DNA from: a virus | Virus record (IMG/VR): IMGVR_UViG_3300035105_000276 | Span: 63,134-127,133 of that record | Reading direction: 5' to 3' (one strand) | Length of the DNA stretch: 64,000 nt | The notes under the pieces: model-generated | Seen by the model: the letters and a program-made list of their open reading frames with translations, nothing else | The model's database searches: none | Told to the model about the DNA's origin: nothing | In this document: positions 47,109 through 56,900 of the stretch, in pieces | Layout: every line of letters begins with the position of its first letter | Numbering within the stretch: position 1 is the first letter of the stretch | Made by a program: the position numbers and the translations under genes

Positions 47109-49005
47109 GATTCTCCAGCTGGGATCCACTATTGAATCCACAGGAGAAGTTCGGGTAAGCCTGATCACGGATGCTTTGGTCAAAACAGCGGCCAACAGCA
47201 TTCAGCAGCACTGGGCTTCAATGGACCGGAAACCGGATAAGGCGTATCTGCATGTTCTGGCCATGACATCCATCGGGTGGTATGCCTGTAATAACAACGG
47301 GGATGCGTTCCATGAAGTGGATCTGAAACAGTACCACCCTGTTTTCGTTGAGCAGGCTCACCTGTTTATGCATCATATGAACAAGGACCCGAAAAAGTCT
47401 GTGGGCACTGTGGTGTACTCGTTTTTTAATGATGACATGCACCGGGTGGAATTGATTATTGAAGTGGATAAGGCCAAAGGCCCTGCCATTGTAAAATCAA
47501 TTGAGAATAATGAACCCATAGCTGTCAGCATGGGTGTTCGGGTTGCGTATGATGTGTGCTCTATCTGTGGAAACAAAGCCAAGACCCGGAAAGATTATTG
47601 CGACCATCTCAAGTACAACATGAAAAAAATTCTCCCCGATGGCCGGCAGGTGTATGCCGTCAACCCAGGCCCTTTGAAGTTTTTTGATATCTCCATTGTC
47701 AGCAAGCCGGCTGATCGCACTGCCTGGGCATTACAGAAGGCAGCTTCTGAAAATTCCGGCATAGCAACTGTAAAAACATCTGCGGAACTTGGGGAAGAGT
47801 ACGCGGACACCCAGACCAAGCTGGCGGCTTTGAAAAAGCTGTCTGAGATTGTCAAGGAGGTGGACGGGATTCCGCTCAAAGCGGCGGATGGGGATAAGAC
47901 TTTCAATGTCCACAGATATCTAAAAAATAATGACGTTGATTTTGATTTTCCCCAGGTGCCATTTAAAGAACTGAGCAAGGCTGATGCTGATCCAGGTGCC
48001 CTGCTGGCGAAGTTTATGCAGGCAGGTGTGTTTCCTTCTTTACACGAATCAGCTTTTATTATTGGTAGGAAATACCTGGGTGATGCACTTGAAGAGCATC
48101 ATCTGCCCATGTTGGTAAGGTCTATAGGCCCTTGTGCCAGGGTACTGGAGAGGGATCCCGGGGTTATGGACGATCTGGTGTCCGGCATTATCCAGGATGC
48201 TGTCTCCGCCGTTCAGCAGGAGCCCGGGTTGAAAATTTCCATCAATATCGAACCGGTGGCCAGGCGGAGACGGGCCATGCTGATGGCAATGATGACCCCT
48301 GAAATGGAAAAGGCTGCCGGAGACGTTGCGAAAACAATGTACATTCCGAACAGGCTTCCCGTGAATACGGGTAAATCGTCTGTGCCGAGCCGGGTGAGGA
48401 TGGGCGCTTATAATATGTGGTCCACATCGGGTCCCCCTGCATCTGAAGAATTCACTGTAACTGGGACCGATGGAAAGAAATACCGGACGACCCGAGGTGC
48501 GGCCCGAACCGCTGCCAATGCAGAGAATATTCCGGATATGGCTAAAGCAATGACCAGTGCCGGGCTTGCACTGGCGGCTTTTGGGGCTGCGGGGGCCAGA
48601 GGTGATCTGGCGACTAAGATGATTGCTACCCCCATACTGGCAGCCTTAGCTCTCGGGATGTACCCGAATAAGCGGGATACCATAGAAACGGACCAGGGTG
48701 TGGAAGTGCCGGTCTCTTCGTTTTTTACTCAGGTGAAAGAAGCTGCAGTGGATCCGAAGTTGATTGTGCCGGCTCTTGGGGCTGCGGTACCAGCTGCACT
48801 GGGACTGGACTATGTGTACAACTCAAAGATAAGAAATAAAAAGGACCCCTATTACCAGCAGAGAATGGGGTTCGTTGGTAGAACGGCTGATAAGGCCGGA
48901 AGGTTTGTTCTGGAACACCCGCTGCTTTCAGTATCTGGTGGTGCGGTGGCCGCGTCCATGGGTAAGCATAGACTGGCCAGCAGAATGCTAAAAAACAACG
49001 GGTAG
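47101..49005 (+). CDS. Prohead maturation protease with Zn-finger insert and long C-terminal region
   Basis: N.NGD.F, HH.NK, VSMG (candidate catalytic Ser), CSIC..C.H, FFDISIV..PAD; upstream of scaffold and capsid. Confidence 0.75.
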   Translation: MIKILQLGSTIESTGEVRVSLITDALVKTAANSIQQHWASMDRKPDKAYLHVLAMTSIGWYACNNNGDAFHEVDLKQYHPVFVEQAHLFMHHMNKDPKKSVGTVVYSFFNDDMHRVELIIEVDKAKGPAIVKSIENNEPIAVSMGVRVAYDVCSICGNKAKTRKDYCDHLKYNMKKILPDGRQVYAVNPGPLKFFDISIVSKPADRTAWALQKAASENSGIATVKTSAELGEEYADTQTKLAALKKLSEIVKEVDGIPLKAADGDKTFNVHRYLKNNDVDFDFPQVPFKELSKADADPGALLAKFMQAGVFPSLHESAFIIGRKYLGDALEEHHLPMLVRSIGPCARVLERDPGVMDDLVSGIIQDAVSAVQQEPGLKISINIEPVARRRRAMLMAMMTPEMEKAAGDVAKTMYIPNRLPVNTGKSSVPSRVRMGAYNMWSTSGPPASEEFTVTGTDGKKYRTTRGAARTAANAENIPDMAKAMTSAGLALAAFGAAGARGDLATKMIATPILAALALGMYPNKRDTIETDQGVEVPVSSFFTQVKEAAVDPKLIVPALGAAVPAALGLDYVYNSKIRNKKDPYYQQRMGFVGRTADKAGRFVLEHPLLSVSGGAVAASMGKHRLASRMLKNNG

Positions 49006-49058
49006 ATCGGGCACGGCCGGGCACATTGAGTACCCGGCCACAGAAACAAAGAAAGGGG

Positions 49059-49238
49059 CTATCTTGGTCCATCGCGCAGGCGCATCATGTAAACCATGAG
49101 TCCTACCATCGCGACGTCCCCTGCAAAGGGGAATTTTTCTAAGATCTTGTCTCCGGCATCGAAGAATAGATCGATAAGGCTTTTTCCTTCAGGTTGCTGT
49201 TTCTTTGTTTCCTGCCCCGTACTGTTTTTTGTGAACAT
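49059..49238 (-). CDS. 59-aa antisense protein with C-terminal hydrophobic segment
   Basis: Manual translation MFTKNSTG...DGPR; upstream TGTTATAAG motif. Confidence 0.5.
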   Translation of the reverse strand: MFTKNSTGQETKKQQPEGKSLIDLFFDAGDKILEKFPFAGDVAMVGLMVYMMRLRDGPR

Positions 49239-49412
49239 AACTTCCTCCTATAGGATTTAGGGTTATGTCCACTTTAATAAATACAAGCCCACACAGCAAG
49301 AACTTATAACATAATTTCGAACTTTTTTTATCCGGGAACTTAATTTACACTTGATTTCCCTGCATTCTTTAATAGAAATTTAAAAAGTTATTACTCAAGC
49401 GAGGTACAAATA

Positions 49413-50015
49413 ATGAAAAAGACCCAGTTGACCCTGAGCAACGTGCTTTCCAAATTCCAGGAAGGGTTGGAAAAAGAGGCTGAAGAGGCCGCTGAGACCC
49501 CCGTTTCCACGGAAGAAGATACCGCCGTTCAGACCCCTCCGGAGAAGGACAAAGCTGGAGAACAGGAGGATAAAAAGGTACCTGTTGAGAAGGCAGCTGC
49601 TGATACCAAAACTGAAACGGACGCGGATGTTCTGAAGGGTATTGCCAAAGAAGCTGCTGAGTCTGAAGAAACCAATCTGAAAAAAGAAGCGGGTGAGTTC
49701 GGCCGTCTGTTTGCTCAGAGTTTTATGGAGGAGCTGGAAGTGGAGAATATGGTCAAACAGGCATCTGAAGATGCGTATGCTGCAACGGTGGGTGTGATCC
49801 AGGAAATGGATTTCCAGGAGAAACTTGCATCTGTATACGATGAAGCCCGCCAGATGACTTCGGAAGCTGTGATTGAAAAATCTGCCTATGACACCACTTG
49901 CGCTGCCATTGAAAAGTTGGCGGCTGAAGCGGTAACGGTCCAGTTATCCAGCATTACCAAAGAAGCCTATGACCTTACTGTGGAAACAGTGAAAGCGGCT
50001 GAAACTGATGCATAA
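49413..50015 (+). CDS. Scaffold-like acidic protein
   Basis: Highly acidic, about ten K-x-A motifs, between protease and capsid. Confidence 0.65.
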   Translation: MKKTQLTLSNVLSKFQEGLEKEAEEAAETPVSTEEDTAVQTPPEKDKAGEQEDKKVPVEKAAADTKTETDADVLKGIAKEAAESEETNLKKEAGEFGRLFAQSFMEELEVENMVKQASEDAYAATVGVIQEMDFQEKLASVYDEARQMTSEAVIEKSAYDTTCAAIEKLAAEAVTVQLSSITKEAYDLTVETVKAAETDA

Positions 50016-50175
50016 GTCACGACAGGAGATTCTTTCCTCTCTGGGGGATTCCCTGGAAAAAGGAGCGTCGCTGCTGGCCAAAGTAGCGGAAGATTCCTGT
50101 GAAGATGACGGAAAGAAAAAAGTGAACCTCCAGGAACTGAGGAGCATGTCTCGTGGATCCCGTAAAACTGGTTGA
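50008..50175 (+). CDS. Small protein (55 aa)
   Basis: Manual translation, EKGA/AKVA motifs. Confidence 0.5.
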   Translation: MHKSRQEILSSLGDSLEKGASLLAKVAEDSCEDDGKKKVNLQELRSMSRGSRKTG

Positions 50176-50317
50176 GACTCTGGCGGATAGAATTGAGGGC
50201 CTTGCCTCATCGATGCCGGAAGATTCCGGCAGGGAGAAACAGGCCGGAGAACGGTACATAGATTCCCGACACACGCTGGATTTTTTGAAATTCTTTGTCG
50301 GCCGGGACAGGAGATAA
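50153..50317 (+). CDS. Small protein (54 aa)
   Basis: GAGGAG RBS before GTG; EKQA motif. Confidence 0.5.
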   Translation: MDPVKLVETLADRIEGLASSMPEDSGREKQAGERYIDSRHTLDFLKFFVGRDRR

Positions 50318-50322
50318 CTTGT

Positions 50323-50532
50323 ATGGATAACACTGAATTTAAGACCGAACTGTTGAAACTGGCAGGGGATCTCCGGGACATTGCCCGGGAGTTGAAAGAA
50401 TCGTCCGTGAAACAGCTCGAACCTGAACAGTCTGAGAAGACCGCATCCTCGGCTTCACCGGATTTTTCTATGGGTGCTGTGGGCGGGGATCGCAGGAGTA
50501 ATGATCCCCTGATGGATTTTATTTTTTCGTAA
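50323..50532 (+). CDS. Small head-associated protein
   Basis: LKLA, EKTA; C-terminal DPLMDFIFS. Confidence 0.6.
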   Translation: MDNTEFKTELLKLAGDLRDIARELKESSVKQLEPEQSEKTASSASPDFSMGAVGGDRRSNDPLMDFIFS

Positions 50533-50585
50533 AGCATAACCGACAAAGAACATCTTTGACAACACACTAATTGGAGAATTTTATA

Positions 50586-51032
50586 ATGGCTTATCAGATT
50601 ATTAAAGGATGGCCCTGTGAGGGAGCTATCGACATGAATATCGCAGTAGCTACGGATGAGCTTGTGGCTGACGGCGTGGGCTGCGTGGTGGATTCTGACA
50701 GTAAGGCAGCCGTAGCTAATTTTGCTGTAGATGGTTCAGACGCTACGGGTATCCCTGGTTTCTGCATCGGGATTGACAATGTTACCGGTAATGCGCTTCT
50801 GCTCTTGAGCGAAGCCATGATCCAGGTGGATTCGGATCATTACGAGGTAGCATCGTATACCCCGGGTGCCGGGGTTTCTTTTGTTGGGGGCAAGTTTGAC
50901 CTCATCGCAGCTATAGATGATGAGCGGCCCCAGGTTGGCACGGTGTTTTCCTACGATGCATCCGCCACTGAGTTGGTGGTTTTTTTCGGCAAAGTGACTG
51001 AAGCTACGGCTACCACTCCCTCCGGTCCCTAG
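50586..51032 (+). CDS. Putative head decoration/capsid cement protein
   Basis: Beta-rich ~150-aa protein directly before the major capsid gene. Confidence 0.55.
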   Translation: MAYQIIKGWPCEGAIDMNIAVATDELVADGVGCVVDSDSKAAVANFAVDGSDATGIPGFCIGIDNVTGNALLLLSEAMIQVDSDHYEVASYTPGAGVSFVGGKFDLIAAIDDERPQVGTVFSYDASATELVVFFGKVTEATATTPSGP

Positions 51033-51101
51033 ACCTCGGGCCTGGTAACTAACGGTTTTCACCCGTAACACATACATCATCCTTTGAAAGGTAATATACA
51101 C

Positions 51102-52007
51102 ATGGAAACTACGAAAGTATCTGCAGAGGTCATCAACTCTGCATTCATTGATAAAATTGAGCAGGGCCTGGTGAAAGAAGCCGAAGAGGCCGGCAGCAAT
51201 TATATTAGGCAGAAGCTGTACGAAGATGGCTTTACCCGGAAGATCCTGGAGCCTCAGACCAAGACGGCCGAAGACCTGGACCCGGATATCGATTCCGACA
51301 ACCCCCGGATCATTGTGGAAAAAGAGCCGGATTCTCCGGCTGCCACTTTTGTTCCGTTCAAAGGTACTGCGAACCGCATGTACTTTACCGGAAATCGGTT
51401 TGCTATCCCCTTCGGGAAAATTGAAACCCCGCGGATCTCCAAGTCCAAATTCGAATTGATGACCATTCGGATGCCGATCATGGAATGGTTCAAACAGAAC
51501 CATGTGAAACGGATTCAGGAAGTGGAAGACGGCAATTTCATTGAAACCATTGATGCCAACATTGCCCTGAGCACTGATACCCGCAGTATGGATGCTGGTA
51601 ATGTGTCCATCAAACAGGCATTCGTTTCCGGCCTTAAAGGTCTGGCCAGTCTGAGACTGCCGTGCGGGTGTGTGCTGATGCATGAAAATACCCGCCTGGA
51701 AGGTCTGAACCTGAAGACCGATGAAATCGGTTTCAAGGCTCAGGATTCCCGGTTTGAAAAGGGTGTTAACGATGAGAACTCCTTTTTGGGGTATCCCGTT
51801 GTGTCCACCCTCAAAGACGACCTGGTAGCTGAAGACGCCATGTATTTCTTCGCTCCGGCTGAGTACCTGGGTATGTTTTACCTGCTCCAGGATGCCACGC
51901 TGTTCATCAAAACTGAAGCGGACATGTTCCACTTTCATACCTACGAGGCCCCTGGCATCGGTATTGGGAATGTGAATGCCTGTTTCAAGGTTGAATGGGG
52001 TGCATAG
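51102..52007 (+). CDS. Major capsid protein (HK97-like fold)
   Basis: Position after protease/scaffold; followed by a terminator; IRQKL.E.GF.RKI..P pattern. Confidence 0.75.
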   Translation: METTKVSAEVINSAFIDKIEQGLVKEAEEAGSNYIRQKLYEDGFTRKILEPQTKTAEDLDPDIDSDNPRIIVEKEPDSPAATFVPFKGTANRMYFTGNRFAIPFGKIETPRISKSKFELMTIRMPIMEWFKQNHVKRIQEVEDGNFIETIDANIALSTDTRSMDAGNVSIKQAFVSGLKGLASLRLPCGCVLMHENTRLEGLNLKTDEIGFKAQDSRFEKGVNDENSFLGYPVVSTLKDDLVAEDAMYFFAPAEYLGMFYLLQDATLFIKTEADMFHFHTYEAPGIGIGNVNACFKVEWGA

Positions 52008-52029
52008 TCCGGAAGTACCTGAATAGCAG

Positions 52030-52065
52030 AACACCCGGGTAGGCCATGATTTACCCGGGTGTTTT
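52030..52065 (+). terminator. Terminator after capsid gene
   Basis: ACACCCGGGT...ACCCGGGTGT followed by TTT. Confidence 0.7.
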
Positions 52066-52090
52066 AACACTCAAAGGGAGATGCAGGTGT

Positions 52091-52495
52091 ATGAAGTTTG
52101 AAAATGTAACAAAAGCGGGAGTATTGATAGGGTCACGAACCTTTGTGCCGGGAAAATTCGAGGTAAAGGAACCTGTTTCAGAGGCGGTACAGGCTCAGAT
52201 TGACTATTTCCTGGAGAAGGGGTCCATTAAAAAACCCGGCAAAGCTGTGGCCCAGAGAGCAGAGGCACCGAAGGAGAAATCTGCTTCGAAAAAGAAAGCG
52301 GCTCCGAAGAAAAGTGCGGCTGCTAAGAAAAAAGCAGCTGAAAAAACGGAAAAGGTCGAACCTCCGGTGGAGGAAAACTCTGAGAAAGATTCCGAAGAAA
52401 AAACGGAAAATTCAAAAGATACCGCTGGGAAGTCTGATTCTACTACAGTCATAGAAGAAAAAGATGTTGACTTGTTCTCTGGGTTGAGCGCATAG
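52091..52495 (+). CDS. Hypothetical protein with Lys/Ala-rich low-complexity tail
   Basis: KKKAAPKKSAAAKKK tract. Confidence 0.6.
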   Translation: MKFENVTKAGVLIGSRTFVPGKFEVKEPVSEAVQAQIDYFLEKGSIKKPGKAVAQRAEAPKEKSASKKKAAPKKSAAAKKKAAEKTEKVEPPVEENSEKDSEEKTENSKDTAGKSDSTTVIEEKDVDLFSGLSA

Positions 52496-52496
52496 C

Positions 52497-52943
52497 ATGG
52501 CACTCACTGTCGCAGATATACGCATTTATGCCAAGGATATCACAACCCTGAATATTCTTTTGGAGGGAGATGAGCAATCGTCCACCCCCTTGATTGAACT
52601 GGCCATGCGTATGGCTGTGAGTGATTATAACGCATTGCAGCCCCCGACATCGTATTTGGTTACGAACTTTCCGTCGGATTCTTTACTATTGCAGGGCACC
52701 CTACACCATCTGGCCAACAGTGAGGCGGAGCGTCAGCTGCGCAACCAGGTTAATTTCTCGGCCCAGGGTTTGCAGTCTAGTGTAGATGATAAGTTTCAGT
52801 CTTACAATACTTTGGCTCAGTATTACAAAAGTCTTTTTGACCGGGGGGCACGTGATTTGAAGCAGGCAATCAATGTGGCCAGCGCCTGGGGGGAAAGTCA
52901 CTCTCCGTATATTGGTATCAATGAATTCAATTTCAGGTCTTAA
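52497..52943 (+). CDS. Putative head-tail adaptor
   Basis: Synteny after capsid; helical. Confidence 0.5.
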   Translation: MALTVADIRIYAKDITTLNILLEGDEQSSTPLIELAMRMAVSDYNALQPPTSYLVTNFPSDSLLLQGTLHHLANSEAERQLRNQVNFSAQGLQSSVDDKFQSYNTLAQYYKSLFDRGARDLKQAINVASAWGESHSPYIGINEFNFRS

Positions 52944-52946
52944 CCT

Positions 52947-53492
52947 ATGAATTACGGACCCACAAAACCTGTAGAGTCCCCTGACTTTGATCAGCTGGCG
53001 ACCCCTACTCATCTAACCGGTTACGCAGAAAAGATTCTGCTGGATCTGGAGAAAGTGGCTCGGATTTACCATGGGGTAAATGCCAGAATTTTCACTTTAG
53101 ATGAGACAGGCACCCGATGCTCGGCGTGCACAGATTCGTTTACAGGGAAGGTGGTTTTATCCAACTGCGCCACCTGTGGAGGGACAGGGTTCATCTCAGG
53201 ATACACCTATAAAGGGAAATTCAAGGTTTTGCCTCAGTTTTCGGCAAAGAGCAAAACATCCACCCAAATGGGAGACTCTGAGGGCAATAGGCGAAGAGAC
53301 CTGTTTATTGTTCTGAGAGGTCCTCAGTTGCAGGATCAGGATCTGATTGTCACTGAAGAAACAAAGCGGGTGTACAAGATAGTGGATGATGAACCTCAGA
53401 TCACGGCTATCGGAGGTAAAATAATTTTACAGACAGTCGGGTGTGCCCCGCTTACAAAGGGTGCCCCGGAATATAGTGTGGTGACCTGGTGA
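52947..53492 (+). CDS. Putative head closure protein with Zn finger
   Basis: CSAC...CATCGGTG; synteny. Confidence 0.5.
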   Translation: MNYGPTKPVESPDFDQLATPTHLTGYAEKILLDLEKVARIYHGVNARIFTLDETGTRCSACTDSFTGKVVLSNCATCGGTGFISGYTYKGKFKVLPQFSAKSKTSTQMGDSEGNRRRDLFIVLRGPQLQDQDLIVTEETKRVYKIVDDEPQITAIGGKIILQTVGCAPLTKGAPEYSVVTW

Positions 53493-54115
53493 GTATCTTA
53501 CCTAAAGGGCATTCTCTGACTCCTGGTAATACACCCTTGCATGTGTATCAACTGGTGATGCAGCTAATTCGGCTGACATTTGAAAAAGCCGGGGAAGACG
53601 ATGACTCTTATCCATTTGCGTACACAGACACTCTCAGTACAACCGGGATATTCATAGATTCAGTCATGGATAAGACCTCAGCCAATTATGGTGCAAGGCC
53701 CACACTGTTGGTTACTCGGGGTGCTGCAATGTCCCAGTCTGTTTCCATGGGGGATACGGCTCAGCGGTCCATGGCTCTGGGTACTAAAAAAGGGCTTACG
53801 CTGGTTCAAAGTTCCGTGGATGTCAAGGCTGTTTCAAAGCGGGAGTATGAAGCGGATATACTGGGGAACCAGGTGTTCAGCTTTTTTGTGTCCTGCCGGA
53901 CTATCCTGCCGGCACTGACAACCATTCAGCGGATTGATAATATTTCCCTTAGCCCGGTGTCCCCCTATGAAGATGATGATCACATATTTTTTACCCAGAT
54001 CAACCTGTCATACTCGATGAAATACAAGTGGGACTGGGGCATTACCCCCACACTGCTGAATGAGATCGGGCTGTTTATAAACGATGAATTGAAAGTTGAT
54101 ATTTCAAAAGAATAG
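53489..54115 (+). CDS. Putative tail terminator/completion protein
   Basis: Synteny before sheath. Confidence 0.45.
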   Translation: MSILPKGHSLTPGNTPLHVYQLVMQLIRLTFEKAGEDDDSYPFAYTDTLSTTGIFIDSVMDKTSANYGARPTLLVTRGAAMSQSVSMGDTAQRSMALGTKKGLTLVQSSVDVKAVSKREYEADILGNQVFSFFVSCRTILPALTTIQRIDNISLSPVSPYEDDDHIFFTQINLSYSMKYKWDWGITPTLLNEIGLFINDELKVDISKE

Positions 54116-54126
54116 GAGAGATAATT

Positions 54127-56046
54127 ATGGCATATGTCAGGCCATTGGCCCAAGTGTTTCAGGAGTATGAAAGTTTTTCCGGGACATTCCAGGCCACTAC
54201 TCTGAATCCATGTATAATCGGCCCCTGCTACCAGTTTATGGATGAGTCATCCAATGCTGAGGAAGATCTGGTGCGCTCTTTTATGGAGGCAGTGACGGAC
54301 GGTGGGATGGTTGAAACCGTTATCCCGAATCTGCACACGGGTGCTGAAGTGGATGAGACATCTATCAAAGTACGTGTGGCGGATCCTTATGTGGATATGA
54401 AAGGATCTGAGATCACTGTGGCAGGGATTGTTGCAAACGAAGTTGAATTTGCCACCCTGGATTTTCCCACAGGTATCACAATTGGTGATTTTGTAACCGT
54501 GATTTCCAATCCGGATGCTGGAGACCCTGCCGTGGTAGCCACGAGACATTTGGTCACAGCCGTATTGGAAGATACCTATAAAATTCGGCTGAACAGAGTG
54601 GTGCCGGCTACGGACAATCCCACCCTGGTGTGGCTCCGGTCAGTACCTGGATTCACGCTCCCATATGATGATACCGCAATCACTTTTAACACTGAAGATG
54701 CCACGGTTACACTGGCACCACTTACTCGCCCGGTGAGCGGGGTGGATAAAACCGTGTACGAAGCAAATGCCTACTGTGGATACCGGGCTCTTCGTAAGGA
54801 TACGGATACTTTGCAGTCCGCAAATTCTCTGACGGTACTGGAATCAATCCTGGGTACAGCCACCCCTGAGAATCCTTTAGCTTATGGTGCTATGATCGCT
54901 CTGGCAAATTCTCAGAGCATGATTTATTTCATCGGAGTGGATTCGGACGATCTGTCAGGGTACACCAAAGCAAAAGACATTCTGGAAAACGCAGAAGATA
55001 TCTACAGCATTGTTCCTCTGAACAGGGATGTAGGTGTTCTTTCCATGTTTAAAACCCATGCTGAGGCATTTTCCCAGCCGCAGATCGGGGAGTGGCGTAT
55101 TGTATTTGGTAACTCCGAACTGCCGAATCTGGTCACCCTGGAAGAGGGTACCTGCCGTATCAGTGAAACCCCCAGCACTGACCTGAAAGTGGTCACAGCG
55201 TCTGGTGCTTCTTTTATTGGGAGCGGGGTTAACTCTGGGGATATCATTATTCTTTCCAATAACACTGGTACAACCACAGAATACACTGTAAGCTCCATTG
55301 TATCTGAGGATCAGTTACTGGTGTCCGAAGAGATTACGGATATGACTGCCGATCTTGTGGATTACACCTTCGAGATTCAGACTGTACCGGATAAAACTCA
55401 GCAGGCCCAGGCCATTGCCGGGGTATCCAGATCTTTTGCCAGCAGCCGATTTTACCATGTATGGCCGGACACAGTGGAAATTGATGGTCAGCAGCTCCCC
55501 GGGTATTATATGTGTTGTGCCATCGGGGGTATGGTTTCCAGCCTTCCGAGTCACCAGGGATTAACCCGTATCAGTGTAGCCGGCATCACTGCCGTGAAAA
55601 ACAGTGGTGACTATTTCAACAATGCCCAGATGAATATTATCGCAGACGGTGGTACCCTGATTGTGGAGCAGCTTTTCATAAACTCCGCTCCTTACATCCG
55701 GCATCAGCTGTCTACGGATACCTCGGAGTATACACAGTCTGAGCTGTCTTTTGTAAAGAATTTTGACTATGTCAGCTATCTTTGCAAGGATGTGCTGGAT
55801 GGGTTTGTAGGCCGGTACAATATTACCCCTGCGACTCTGACCACCCTGGGTACGGTTTTATCCGCGGTTCTTGAGTCTTTGAAACTATCTTCTCTGCCGA
55901 AGATCGGATCTCCGATTCTCCAATATGAACCTCCGGTGATTAATCAGCTGGAGGGTCAGAAAGACAGGGTTGAGATTAATGTCCGGGTTGAATTACCGTA
56001 TGTGCTTAACCTGATAGGACTGCATCTGATCAGTTCTGATATGTAA
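54127..56046 (+). CDS. Tail sheath protein
   Basis: MAYVRP start; C-terminal RHQLSTD...ELS.VKN.D, P..LN.I. Confidence 0.8.
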   Translation: MAYVRPLAQVFQEYESFSGTFQATTLNPCIIGPCYQFMDESSNAEEDLVRSFMEAVTDGGMVETVIPNLHTGAEVDETSIKVRVADPYVDMKGSEITVAGIVANEVEFATLDFPTGITIGDFVTVISNPDAGDPAVVATRHLVTAVLEDTYKIRLNRVVPATDNPTLVWLRSVPGFTLPYDDTAITFNTEDATVTLAPLTRPVSGVDKTVYEANAYCGYRALRKDTDTLQSANSLTVLESILGTATPENPLAYGAMIALANSQSMIYFIGVDSDDLSGYTKAKDILENAEDIYSIVPLNRDVGVLSMFKTHAEAFSQPQIGEWRIVFGNSELPNLVTLEEGTCRISETPSTDLKVVTASGASFIGSGVNSGDIIILSNNTGTTTEYTVSSIVSEDQLLVSEEITDMTADLVDYTFEIQTVPDKTQQAQAIAGVSRSFASSRFYHVWPDTVEIDGQQLPGYYMCCAIGGMVSSLPSHQGLTRISVAGITAVKNSGDYFNNAQMNIIADGGTLIVEQLFINSAPYIRHQLSTDTSEYTQSELSFVKNFDYVSYLCKDVLDGFVGRYNITPATLTTLGTVLSAVLESLKLSSLPKIGSPILQYEPPVINQLEGQKDRVEINVRVELPYVLNLIGLHLISSDM

Positions 56047-56110
56047 TTTAAAACAGTGATGCCAGGGGGATAACTTCCTCTGGATTCGATATATACGAAA
56101 GGAATTTGCC

Positions 56111-56782
56111 ATGTCAAGTGAAGTAGTCACAACCCTTAGCCAGTGGGCTGACCAGTACAAGGAGCAACGGATTGAGATTGATCATGATGATGCCATGTTC
56201 GATCTGGTATCTCCGGATGACTCCATACTTGTTGCCGGTCCTGCAAGGCTTTCTGACGCAAATCTGGAAGACGGAGAGTTTTATGTTATCGGGGTTTGCC
56301 AGTCATTCCAGGCGTCTGAAACTTCTCAGATTCAGCCGTTTAAAGCTATTGGTACCCGAAGGCATCTTTTTACTAAAACAAATACCCCGGCCCAGGCATC
56401 CATGGCCCGAATGATGCTGTACGGGAAAAACCTTGCCAGGGTGCTGTACTCAAAAATCACAGACCCGTTTACAGAAGACCCCGATACTAATAACAAATAC
56501 GTTCAGGGTAGTAAGGGCTATGCAGATGCTAACTTTTTGTCCAACATCGAAGAGGATTTATACCGGATTCCTTTTGGGCTCGGCATTATCTACCATACTC
56601 CCCGAACTGCTCATAACAGCAGCGGAGGCAGTATTGGCCACGCTGTAGGGGCTGAGTACCTGGAAGCCTGTTACCTTCAAAATCGAAATATCAGTATGCA
56701 GTCCGGTCAGACTATCATAATGGAGCAGGTTCAGATGCTGGCGGACCGTATTGTCCCATGGAACACCTTCGAACAAGAGTGA
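56111..56782 (+). CDS. Tail tube protein
   Basis: Follows sheath; IG..QSF..., EYLE.C patterns; strong terminator after. Confidence 0.7.
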   Translation: MSSEVVTTLSQWADQYKEQRIEIDHDDAMFDLVSPDDSILVAGPARLSDANLEDGEFYVIGVCQSFQASETSQIQPFKAIGTRRHLFTKTNTPAQASMARMMLYGKNLARVLYSKITDPFTEDPDTNNKYVQGSKGYADANFLSNIEEDLYRIPFGLGIIYHTPRTAHNSSGGSIGHAVGAEYLEACYLQNRNISMQSGQTIIMEQVQMLADRIVPWNTFEQE

Positions 56783-56819
56783 GCTTAACGTTTCATTTTT
56801 TTTAGTTTTCCACCCTCCC

Positions 56820-56865
56820 AACCCCGCAGAATCTTTTACCTCTTCAGATTCTGCGGGGTTTTTTT
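56820..56865 (+). terminator. Rho-independent terminator
   Basis: ACCCCGCAGAATCT...AGATTCTGCGGGGT followed by a T tract. Confidence 0.9.
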
Positions 56866-56900
56866 CTTCACATTGAGTACCTCACAACGCATTCTTAAAT

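Noticed and set aside
50736-52070. Long antisense ORFs (e.g. 444 aa opposite the capsid gene, 358 aa at 44511)
   Set aside because: Shadows of codon-biased sense genes with no recognisable motifs
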